Shown here piece by piece: positions 27,221 to 35,483 of a stretch of 64,000 bases of DNA (positions within the stretch are counted from its first letter, which is position 1; every line of letters begins with the position of its first letter). The notes beneath the pieces were generated by a model. The model was not told where the DNA came from. It did not search any database and was given only the letters and a program-made list of their open reading frames with translations. The position numbers were made by a program, and so were the translations under genes. Origin of the DNA: Clostridia bacterium (GTDB lineage Bacteria; Bacillota; Clostridia; UMGS1810); assembly GCA_045545635.1 (NCBI GenBank), contig JAZQBI010000069.1, forward strand, positions 13,991-77,990, in the 5' to 3' direction.

Positions 27221-27269
27221 AAAAATGGTTTTTTATTCTAGTATTTTTAAATGGAGTCGTCATTGGACT

Positions 27270-28658
27270 TTATTCTGCCAGAATAATATCACTGCGCAAT
27301 CCGGATACTTCCTTGAGTTCCGGAGTAAATCCTCCGGCGCTGAATAGTATATACCATGTTTTTCTGTCAGACTTATTCCAGGAGACACTGTCGGCTTTCC
27401 TTTCCAATTCGGAAAGAATATTTATTCCAACAGGTTCATTCCAGTATTTACATTCCCCCAGTATCAGATTTTTTCCGTCAGGATCCAATGCGGCTATGTC
27501 AATCTCGGTATTGCCGTCCCAATATCTGCCTGCTTTTGAGAATGTAAAAGGCCAAGCTCCCGTGGCATTCATTTGCCACATTTTTTCTCTGCAAACATCT
27601 TCGTAAACAAAGCTTACCTGTCTGCTGACAAAGCCTTTTTGAATTTTATCCATTACTATCAGGCTGTTATCGCTTTCCAAAAAGCTGAGATTCGGATAGA
27701 CAAAAGCAAACCAGAATTTAATAAAATTATCTTTTATCCTGTATAACCCTTTTTTGCTTTTTTCGGGATTTTCTTCAGTTATTGGAACTTCACGCTCCAG
27801 AATATCCAAGTCTATTAGGGTTTTGAGATATTTGGTCAATCTTGTCTGAGGCAACTCCAGCGATGATGCAATTGCAGACAATTTGCTGTTGCCTGCAGCG
27901 ATGGTTTTTATAAGTGAAAAATAGCTTCCGATTTCTGACACTTCCTGCTGAAGCAAAAAGTAGGGTTCATCATACAGATAGCTCGAAGGATTCAGAACAT
28001 GTTTTTTTATGGCAGAGTAGATATCCTTTTCCTCTCGGAATGATTCTATATATTTGGGAACTCCACCGGTAACAGCATACATTTCTATAAGGTCTTTGCC
28101 GTCTTTGTGGGGAAAGAAATTTTTGTAATACGAAAAAGGAATTTGCTTCAGACGGATTTGTGCTGTTCGTCTTCCGTAGAGGGGACTGTTGTATTTTAAT
28201 GCCTGTTCTTCCATCATAGTTATTAATGAACCGCAGAGTATCAGCATAACAGACTTGTCTTTGAGTATGCAATCCCATATACGTTGCATTATAGAGGGGA
28301 ATGCACTGTTGGATTTGCCTATATACTGAAATTCGTCAATGACTATTATTGGTTTGGTTTCAAATTCTGTGTTTGCTATAGCTTTAAAAACGGTATCCCA
28401 GTCCGATATGTTTGCATTGCGAAGCAGGTCGCTTTTTATAAATTCCGCTGCCTTTTCTTTAAAAAGATTTCTGTTTTGAGCTTCTGATTCCTGACTTGCC
28501 AAAAAGAAAAGAGCATTTTTTCCTTTGATAAACTCTGATATGAGAGTTGTTTTGCCAACACGTCTTCTGCCGTACATTATAACAAGAGAAGAACCTTCCC
28601 GATTGTATTCATCTGTCAGTGTTTCCATTTCATGTTTTCTGTCAATAAATTTTGCCAT
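27270..28658 (-). CDS. AAA-type ATPase (Arch_ATPase-like) fused to DUF234-like C-terminal domain
   Basis: 462 aa. Walker A GRRRVGKTT and Walker B IIVIDEFQY. The C-terminal string EIDIAALDPDGKNLILGECKYW resembles a PD-(D/E)xK nuclease-fold motif. Confidence 0.8.
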   Translation of the reverse strand: MAKFIDRKHEMETLTDEYNREGSSLVIMYGRRRVGKTTLISEFIKGKNALFFLASQESEAQNRNLFKEKAAEFIKSDLLRNANISDWDTVFKAIANTEFETKPIIVIDEFQYIGKSNSAFPSIMQRIWDCILKDKSVMLILCGSLITMMEEQALKYNSPLYGRRTAQIRLKQIPFSYYKNFFPHKDGKDLIEMYAVTGGVPKYIESFREEKDIYSAIKKHVLNPSSYLYDEPYFLLQQEVSEIGSYFSLIKTIAAGNSKLSAIASSLELPQTRLTKYLKTLIDLDILEREVPITEENPEKSKKGLYRIKDNFIKFWFAFVYPNLSFLESDNSLIVMDKIQKGFVSRQVSFVYEDVCREKMWQMNATGAWPFTFSKAGRYWDGNTEIDIAALDPDGKNLILGECKYWNEPVGINILSELERKADSVSWNKSDRKTWYILFSAGGFTPELKEVSGLRSDIILAE

Positions 28659-28726
28659 ATCTTATTCACCACACCTTCTGCTTGTATTATACCACAGATT
28701 ATTATAATTTCAAGTATAATATGTAA

Positions 28727-29566
28727 TTATTCCAAGGTTTTGCCCAAAAAAGTTTCTTCGTATTGTTTCGACATAATATCATATGCATTCTGTGCTTTTT
28801 TTTCGTCTTCAAATATTGCAAACACTGCCGAACCGCTTCCGCTCATAAGGGATGCCTGTGCTCCGAGGGAAAGAAATTCTTTCTTTATATTTCCGATTAC
28901 GGGGTGCATACGTAATATGCTTTTTTCAAAGGTGTTGCCCATAAGGGAATAAAGCAGGGTAATATCCCCCTCTGCCAAAGCACGGCAGGCAAGAGAAGTG
29001 TCGGGATGGTCTGCATCACCGAGATTGACCGATGCATAAGCCGCAGGGGTGGATACTGCCACAGGAGGCTTTGCAATTACAATGTGTTTTTGGGGAAGGC
29101 TTGCAAGCGGAGTTATTTCGTCACCTATGCCCGTTGCTCTGGCGGTACTTGTCCCAAGAAAGAAGGGAACATCTGCACCAAGATTTGCCGATAGCTTCAT
29201 AAGTTCAATCAGACTGAGGGGCATTCCGTACAGGTCATTGAGCATTTCCATGACTGTTGCGGCATCGGAGCTTCCTCCGCCCATTCCTGCACAAAACGGA
29301 ATGCTTTTTTCTATATATATTGCGGCTCCGCCGTCTATGCCCGCTTCGTCAAAAAACAGCTTTGCCGCCTTGTATGCAAGATTGGTGCTGTCGTAGACGA
29401 GACTCCCCGTGCCGGAAAGGTTTATGCCCGATGGGGATTTTTCGCATGTAATGACATCACACAGACTTATTTTTTGCATTATCATATCCACATTGTGATA
29501 TCCGTCGGGACGTTTTGATACTATATCCAGTGTAAGGTTAACCTTTGCGTATGCGTTTTTCTTCAT
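28727..29566 (-). CDS. ispE: 4-diphosphocytidyl-2-C-methyl-D-erythritol kinase
   Basis: AYAKVNLTLDIVSKRPDGYH N-terminus and GHMP kinase motif PFCAGMGGGSSDAA. ATG 29566 is preferred over the TTG at 29587. Confidence 0.9.
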   Translation of the reverse strand: MKKNAYAKVNLTLDIVSKRPDGYHNVDMIMQKISLCDVITCEKSPSGINLSGTGSLVYDSTNLAYKAAKLFFDEAGIDGGAAIYIEKSIPFCAGMGGGSSDAATVMEMLNDLYGMPLSLIELMKLSANLGADVPFFLGTSTARATGIGDEITPLASLPQKHIVIAKPPVAVSTPAAYASVNLGDADHPDTSLACRALAEGDITLLYSLMGNTFEKSILRMHPVIGNIKKEFLSLGAQASLMSGSGSAVFAIFEDEKKAQNAYDIMSKQYEETFLGKTLE

Positions 29567-29655
29567 ATTATATAATTCCTTTGGCAATAAATTGAGGTTT
29601 TCTACATATATTATAGTGTATCCGCAAGCGGTGTGTCAATATATCAAAAAAACTC

Positions 29656-29684
29656 TTGACATTTTTGGCTTTACATTATAGAAT
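29656..29684 (+). promoter_or_regulatory. Promoter P1 upstream of the S-layer gene
   Basis: TTGACA (29656-29661), 17-nt spacer, TAGAAT (29679-29684). Implies a leader of about 255 nt. Confidence 0.55.
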
Positions 29685-29802
29685 ATATTAGTGCTTTGAG
29701 GCAAAAAAGGAAATATGCTTTTTTGAGTCTGCGCCGTTTTTTTACGTTTTGTAACATAAATTACTCTATTTTTACAGTTTTGTTACAACACTAATTACGG
29801 CA

Positions 29803-29832
29803 TTGACTATGCTCTCTTTGCGGTGATATAAT
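29803..29832 (+). promoter_or_regulatory. Promoter P2 upstream of the S-layer gene (extended -10)
   Basis: TTGACT (29803-29808), 18-nt spacer, TGaTATAAT (29824-29832). Confidence 0.6.
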
Positions 29833-29949
29833 CATCCCAAGGCTAGAGTATTCTCTGGCGAAGTGTTAAGCAGTATATGAAAGAGATGCGGCTTACACAC
29901 GAAAAAGTCAATCTCTTTCAAAAAATTTTATTAAGGAGGATTTGAGAAT

Positions 29950-32844
29950 ATGAGAAATCTCAAAAAGGTACTCGCACTCGTTATCGCATTCTCCATGATG
30001 CTCTCCGTAGTAGCATTTGCTGGCTACGCTGATGTAGATGCAGATGCAGATTATGCAAGTGCAGTAGAACTCACATCTGCTCTCGGTATTTTCCAGGGCG
30101 ATGAAAACGGCAACTTCAATGCCGACAAGACAATAACAAGAGCTGAAATGGCTGCTGTTATCATCCGTATGCAGGGTCTCGACGCTGCTGCTAAGGCTTC
30201 TGCTGGTGCAACAGAATTCGCAGACGTTGCTGCAGATCACTGGGCTTCAGGTTACATCAACCTCGCTAGCCAGAATGGTATCATCAAGGGTACAGGCGAT
30301 GGCAACTTCGCTCCCAACGATACTTTAACTTATGAAGCAGCTGTTGCTATGATCGTTCGTGCTCTCGGTTTTGAACCTATCGCTGAGAGAAAGGGCGGCT
30401 GGACAGCAGGTTACGTTGCAGTTGCTAACAGCTACAAAGTAACAGCAGGTGCTGCAGCTACAGCTACAAGAGGCAACCTTGCTATTCTCGTAGCTAATGC
30501 TATGAACACACCTATGATGGATCAGACATCCTATGGTTCTGACGAAAAGTATGAAGTTCTCGATGGCAAAGGCGACAGAGACTACAGAACACTTCTCACA
30601 GATATGGATATCTCCGTTGTAAACGGTGTTGTTGGTGCAAAGGACGGTACAACAGTAACCTTTACTGCTCAGGAAGCTTCCTTAGATGGTGAATTCCCAC
30701 TTGGAAAAAATGACGCTTATAAGGATTACGTGCTTGAGATTGGTGAATCCAATATTATGGATTATCAGCACCAGCAGGTTGACGCATATGTTCTCAACGA
30801 TGGTAGAAACGATGTAGTAATTGCTGTTGTTGCCTCTAATGTAGGTGAAACATTTGAACTCCTTTCCGATGATATTGTTAATTATGTAGATGGCAACGAT
30901 GTAGTTGAATACTATGTTGATTCTGCAAACAGCAACAAGACAAAGGAAATCAAGCTCAACTTAAATGAAAAAGATGAAGTTGAAGTTACTGTTGAGTACA
31001 ATAAGGGTAAAGGTTCAGTTTCCGATCTCGCAAAAATACTCAAGGACGTTGATGTTGAACTCGTATTTGTTGAAAACACAGGCGATTCAAGATATGACGG
31101 TGTTATTGCTACAAAGTACACCTCCGGTGTTGTAGACAATGTTGATGTAAACAGAGAGAGAATTACAGTTGATGGTGTTGGTACTATCAATTTCAAATTT
31201 GATGAAGAAGATGTAACAACTGTTCTTGTTGATGACAAGGGTAATGACATCACTCTCGAAGATATCGCAGAAGATGATGTTGTAGCTGTTGTTGCTGATG
31301 ATGCTACAGACAGTGCTCCCGGTAAGTTTGATAAATACATCAAGGTTGTTAAACTTGCTAACTCTGTTGTAGAAGGTTCCGTTGATGAAACCTATGATTC
31401 CAACGGTGTTCATTACATTGTAATCGATGGTCAGGAATATCCTAAGGCAGCAAGCCTTACAGATAAGCTTGAAGCTGGTACAGAAGGTAAGTTCTATATT
31501 GGTCTTACAGGTAAGGTAATACTCTTCGACGGTAGTGCAGTTGGCGAAGATTATGCATATATCCTTGAAGGTGCTAAGGCAGCAGGTGCGTTCACAAATG
31601 ATCAGTGGCAGCTTAAGCTCCTCACAAAGGATGGCGTAGAAACTTTCGATATCAGAAAGAATGCTCATGTAAATATTGAAAAGTATATTCTTGCTAACTT
31701 CTCTAGCGAATTTGCAGTAGAAGGTGCTAGTGTTGTAAATAAGTTTATATTTGATGATACCAATAAGAACCTTAATAAGGTTAACCCTGCAAGACTTGTA
31801 TCTTACAAGCTTGATGGTAACGGCGACATCAAGGCTCTTGAACCTGTTTATGGTTACAAGGTAAAAATTAAGGATGATGAAACCAGAACTGACTTTAATG
31901 CAGCTGAGGGTATTGCTTTTGACAAAGACGAAGAAGATTCTAATCCTCAGTATAGAGCTAATACTCAGCGTATTGCTGGTAAGCGCCTTGAAGATGAAGT
32001 TATTATCTTCAATGTAGATGTTGACGATGCTAAGGCTGCATACACAACAGACATCAGCTTCCTCGTTGACGAAGCTTCTTACACAGGTTTAGTAGCTGCA
32101 AATGAAGATGCTGAATATGTTGTAATGGTTGTTGCAGATGCTGATAGCGTATTTACTTCAGATACAGGCTTTGCAGTTGTTACTAAGAAATCTACCAGTA
32201 AGGATGCTGAAGGCGATCCTGTTACAAAGATAACTTATGTTCAGAATGAAGAAGAAGGCGTTCTCACATTTAACGATGATTCTAAGTATTATGCAGATGC
32301 TGCTAAGAAACACAACTATGAAAACTTCAAGACCGGTGATGTATTCATGTTCATAGCTGATGCTGAAGGTCTCGTTTCCGAGTATATTATGATCGCAACA
32401 CTTGATCAGATTGATGAAAAAGAAAAGAATTCTATGGACTTTGTTCTTACAGCAGAAGCTAAGGCTTCTGATGCAGAAGACAAGAATGGCGCATACGGTG
32501 CGTATACAGAATTTAAGACTGGTTATATCTTTAACGAGAAGTATGAGTCTTCCAGCAAGGGTCAGATTATAAGAATTGCAGATGGCGAATATGTAGTTGG
32601 TAGTGATACTTACAAGTACACATACAATGCTGCTGGCAGAAATACTGTAATCGAAGTTGCTGACTTTATGGCAGATGTAGACTACTACCAACAGGATAAG
32701 CTTGACAAAAATGAAGATGGCGAGCTTATTAATGAAGAGTACTATGCATCTCCTGTACTTCTTAGACTTGTAGATGGTGAAGTTGTAGATGTTTACACCA
32801 CAACAGCAAGATTTGAAAAAGTAGCTCCAAAAATAGAAGGATAA
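29950..32844 (+). CDS. Probable major S-layer protein; three N-terminal SLH repeats
   Basis: 964 aa. RBS AAGGAGGA. Signal peptide ending VVAFAG. SLH strings LGIFQGDENGNFNADKTITRAEMAAV, FADVAADHWASGYINLASQNGII and FAPNDTLTYEAAVAMIVRALGF. Acidic, and I found no Cys in the mature protein. Markedly biased codon choice, strong promoters and a strong terminator. Confidence 0.8.
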   Translation: MRNLKKVLALVIAFSMMLSVVAFAGYADVDADADYASAVELTSALGIFQGDENGNFNADKTITRAEMAAVIIRMQGLDAAAKASAGATEFADVAADHWASGYINLASQNGIIKGTGDGNFAPNDTLTYEAAVAMIVRALGFEPIAERKGGWTAGYVAVANSYKVTAGAAATATRGNLAILVANAMNTPMMDQTSYGSDEKYEVLDGKGDRDYRTLLTDMDISVVNGVVGAKDGTTVTFTAQEASLDGEFPLGKNDAYKDYVLEIGESNIMDYQHQQVDAYVLNDGRNDVVIAVVASNVGETFELLSDDIVNYVDGNDVVEYYVDSANSNKTKEIKLNLNEKDEVEVTVEYNKGKGSVSDLAKILKDVDVELVFVENTGDSRYDGVIATKYTSGVVDNVDVNRERITVDGVGTINFKFDEEDVTTVLVDDKGNDITLEDIAEDDVVAVVADDATDSAPGKFDKYIKVVKLANSVVEGSVDETYDSNGVHYIVIDGQEYPKAASLTDKLEAGTEGKFYIGLTGKVILFDGSAVGEDYAYILEGAKAAGAFTNDQWQLKLLTKDGVETFDIRKNAHVNIEKYILANFSSEFAVEGASVVNKFIFDDTNKNLNKVNPARLVSYKLDGNGDIKALEPVYGYKVKIKDDETRTDFNAAEGIAFDKDEEDSNPQYRANTQRIAGKRLEDEVIIFNVDVDDAKAAYTTDISFLVDEASYTGLVAANEDAEYVVMVVADADSVFTSDTGFAVVTKKSTSKDAEGDPVTKITYVQNEEEGVLTFNDDSKYYADAAKKHNYENFKTGDVFMFIADAEGLVSEYIMIATLDQIDEKEKNSMDFVLTAEAKASDAEDKNGAYGAYTEFKTGYIFNEKYESSSKGQIIRIADGEYVVGSDTYKYTYNAAGRNTVIEVADFMADVDYYQQDKLDKNEDGELINEEYYASPVLLRLVDGEVVDVYTTTARFEKVAPKIEG

Positions 32845-32877
32845 TTGCTTCTCAAGTCTTTGACTTAATAATAAAAA

Positions 32878-32912
32878 AGAGAGCCCTCGGCTTATGCCGG
32901 GGCTCTTTTTTT
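32878..32912 (+). terminator. Strong Rho-independent terminator
   Basis: AGAGCCC(T)CGGC-TTAT-GCCGGGGCTCT hairpin followed by TTTTTTT. Confidence 0.85.
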
Positions 32913-32970
32913 GGACTCTTTTTTTGGACTCTTTTTTGGTTTTTTTTTCTGGTTCTTTTTTTGGCTCTTT
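32903..32970 (+). repeat. About five tandem copies of a 13-nt T-rich unit (CTCTTTTTTTGGA and variants)
   Basis: Units start at 32903, 32916 and 32929 and then degenerate. The first unit is the 3' arm and U-tract of the terminator. Confidence 0.7.
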
Positions 32971-33064
32971 GTCAATAGTTGGGTTAAAATTAAATTCAAT
33001 AACCGAATTATTTTATATCTCACCTATCAATTGTATCACAACATATTTTTTATATGTTCTCTTA

Positions 33065-33093
33065 TTGACATAGCAAGGCAAGTGTAATAGAAT
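33065..33093 (+). promoter_or_regulatory. Sigma-A-type promoter
   Basis: TTGACA (33065-33070), 17-nt spacer, TAGAAT (33088-33093). Confidence 0.55.
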
Positions 33094-33191
33094 AAAGAAG
33101 ACGATTCAATACATAAATTATCTTGTTTTCTTCTTATCAGGAAAATGGCGGTAATTAATAAATCAAAATCTTTATGCACGGAGGGTACATT

Positions 33192-33953
33192 ATGCATTCA
33201 ATACTTATCATAGGTCAGTCGAATATGGCAGGCAGAGGTTTTGCCGTAGAGGTAGAACCCATTGAAAATCCGAGAATAAAAGTTTTGAGAAACGGTCGTT
33301 GGTGGGACAAATACACTCCCATCAATCCCGACAGAGTGACCGCAGGGGTGAATCTTGTGGAGAGTTTTGCGGATTTATATGTAAAAGACCACGACACAGA
33401 TGTTGGCATAATACCCTGTGCCGATGGGGGAACCTGTCTGGAGCAGTGGAAGGTGGGCGGAGTGCTTTTTGACCACGCCTGCTATATGGCAGAGCTTGCA
33501 CAGCGTACTTCCACCATTGCGGCAGTACTCTGGCACCAGGGAGAGTCCGATTGCGGTGATAGTGCGTATCCCCTCTACGAGGAGCGATTGACCGCAATTA
33601 TGGATGCTTTTCGTGAAAAGCTCAACCTGTATGATGTTCCGTTTCTTCTTGGGGGATTAGGCGACTTTATTGCCGACTACCGTGGCAGTGATGGAACCGA
33701 ATATCATTTTGCCAACAGTCCTCACATAAACACAGCTCTCAAAGCATATGTTGACAAAAGACCGATGACAGGCTTTGTAAGTGCAGAGGGACTTGGTGCA
33801 AATCCTGACGGACTTCACTTTTGTGCGGCGGCACTGCGTGAATTTGGCGTTCGTTACTATGAAGAATTCAGAAAGCTTGAGGATAAAAACAAGGTCTTTC
33901 CCGAAAAACCCGATTGGAATAATGCAGTAAGATCGGAATTGGAAAGTTTATAA
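33192..33953 (+). CDS. SASA-family (DUF303) carbohydrate O-acetylesterase
   Basis: GQSNMAGRG, WHQGESD and DGLHF strings (Ser, Gly/oxyanion and Asp-His pattern). RBS GGAGGG precedes ATG 33192. No signal peptide. Confidence 0.8.
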   Translation: MHSILIIGQSNMAGRGFAVEVEPIENPRIKVLRNGRWWDKYTPINPDRVTAGVNLVESFADLYVKDHDTDVGIIPCADGGTCLEQWKVGGVLFDHACYMAELAQRTSTIAAVLWHQGESDCGDSAYPLYEERLTAIMDAFREKLNLYDVPFLLGGLGDFIADYRGSDGTEYHFANSPHINTALKAYVDKRPMTGFVSAEGLGANPDGLHFCAAALREFGVRYYEEFRKLEDKNKVFPEKPDWNNAVRSELESL

Positions 33954-33960
33954 TATTCAA

Positions 33961-34026
33961 AAAGAGACTGTCTCTTTAAACACATTATTTTATGCTGTAT
34001 GGTGTTTAAAGAGGCAGTCTCTTTTT
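33961..34026. terminator. Bidirectional terminator, 23-bp stem with one mismatch
   Basis: AAAGAGACTGTCTCTTTAAACAC (33961-33983) pairs with GTGTTTAAAGAGGCAGTCTCTTT (34002-34024). Lies between convergent genes. Confidence 0.8.
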
Positions 34027-34029
34027 ATG

Positions 34030-35226
34030 TTATTTTTCAAAATACCATTCTTTATATTCACTTGGCGTTCTGCCGTATCTCTCGCGAAAGTGGTTGTAGA
34101 AGTTTCCTGTGTGCTTGTAGCCTACAAAAAGCTTTATATCTCTTATGGACATATCTGTTGTTACAAGAAGCTTAGCTGCTTGCTGAATTCGTATATCCGT
34201 GAGCTTTCCCACAAAGTTCTCGCCTGTGTGCTTTTTGAAGTATGAGCTAAAGTATATGGGGCTCACATTCACGTGCTCTGCTACGGTTTTCAGGGATATA
34301 TCCTTGTGGTAATTCCTTTGCATATACATAATGGCTTCCGATATTATGCTGTTGGCGGCGTAAGTGTTTTCCTGCTTTTCGGCTTTGAGCACCTTCATCA
34401 TATCGGTGAGAGATATCCACATTTTCCGTGAGCTTTCCGAAGTATCAAGAGACATCTTTTCAAAAAGCGTTCGCCGTATATAATCGGTAATGATGTCAAA
34501 GCCCGCCAGAATGTCACTTTTGTTTTTCTGAACTATGAACCAGGAAATGTTTCCGTGGGAGTAGCTTGTAAGGGAAATGTAAGCATCGCTTGTTTCAAAA
34601 GGAACCACCGATGCCAGCTCTTCATAAAAGTGTTCGCTGTCTTTTGAGCCGGCATTTCGTATGTGAGCAGAAAAATCCGAAATGTGAAAGTGTGTGAGCA
34701 GGCATGGCGAAGTGTCTGTAGGAATATTGAGTCCAAGCTCATCCAGTTTTTTTGCAGCATCATCCGGATTTGTTATATGGCCGTGTACTATATCAGAAAA
34801 GAATTCTGCCCGTTTAGTATGAAAATGCTGTCCCGTTGGAACTGCTTGCAAAAGGCACATTTCGTTGATGATTCGGTTTACTACAGAATAAAGATATTCC
34901 ATATCCGTTGGTTTTGTTAAAAAATCAACTACATTTCTGCATCTCACTGCCATATGTGCATAGGAAAATATCTTGTGCCTGCTCATAAGAATAATATTTG
35001 TATCAGGCACATATGATTCGCAAAAGTTGATTATTTCGGCACATCTTGGCTCCGGAGCAAACACATCGGTTATTACAATGTCCGGTTTGCTGAGGGAAAG
35101 ATGTTTAAGTGTGTCGTCGGGATTATCAAAGATGAATATTTCTGCATCTTCCATTCTGTTTGACAGAAAGTCCGAAATCTCATGGCATACGGACATATCT
35201 CTGTCGGCAATTACTATTTTTAACAC
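34030..35226 (-). CDS. Orphan YesN-like response regulator (REC + AraC HTH), paralog of 1699-2907
   Basis: GTG 35226 lies 9 nt after AAGGA and gives LKIVIADRD, in register with MFRIIAIDDN of the paralog. The ORF-track TTG start is 35253. DIVITDV, ILMS and FLTKP are conserved. HTH: SPIYFSSYFKK...GYKHTGNFYNHFRERYGRTPSEY. No kinase gene is adjacent. Confidence 0.85.
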   Translation of the reverse strand: MLKIVIADRDMSVCHEISDFLSNRMEDAEIFIFDNPDDTLKHLSLSKPDIVITDVFAPEPRCAEIINFCESYVPDTNIILMSRHKIFSYAHMAVRCRNVVDFLTKPTDMEYLYSVVNRIINEMCLLQAVPTGQHFHTKRAEFFSDIVHGHITNPDDAAKKLDELGLNIPTDTSPCLLTHFHISDFSAHIRNAGSKDSEHFYEELASVVPFETSDAYISLTSYSHGNISWFIVQKNKSDILAGFDIITDYIRRTLFEKMSLDTSESSRKMWISLTDMMKVLKAEKQENTYAANSIISEAIMYMQRNYHKDISLKTVAEHVNVSPIYFSSYFKKHTGENFVGKLTDIRIQQAAKLLVTTDMSIRDIKLFVGYKHTGNFYNHFRERYGRTPSEYKEWYFEK

Positions 35227-35323
35227 ATAAATCATTCCTTGCATAATATTCAAATCCGTTTTGGGTGCGTTAATCTTGGTGCCATTATATCAAAAAAGCC
35301 AGTACCGTGCAATAGATTATCTT

Positions 35324-35362
35324 AAAAAAGCGAACTTTTTTCTTCAAAAAGCGAACTTTTCG
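35324..35362. promoter_or_regulatory. Direct repeat AAAAAGCGAACTTTT x2 with 21-bp phasing, plus a third half-site; candidate operator of the orphan regulator
   Basis: GCGAAC occurs at 35330 and 35351, and CGAACT again at 35391. Located in the divergent region between the regulator and the SBP gene. Confidence 0.45.
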
Positions 35363-35483
35363 TTTTAATAAATAAAAAACATTAAAAAAACGAACTAAAT
35401 TCAAAAAAAAGAGAATATACTTTTTGAAATTCGAATGTTAGAATAATATATGTAAAAAAAGCAGACAAAAAAGAAAAGGAGAA

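Noticed and set aside
29590-29949. Possible invertible (phase-variable) promoter upstream of the S-layer gene
   Set aside because: Only short (8-9 bp) A/T-rich inverted repeats (TTGTAACA/TGTTACAA, CAAAAAAG/CTTTTTTG) flank the promoters, and no invertase or recombinase gene is in the window. The evidence is insufficient.
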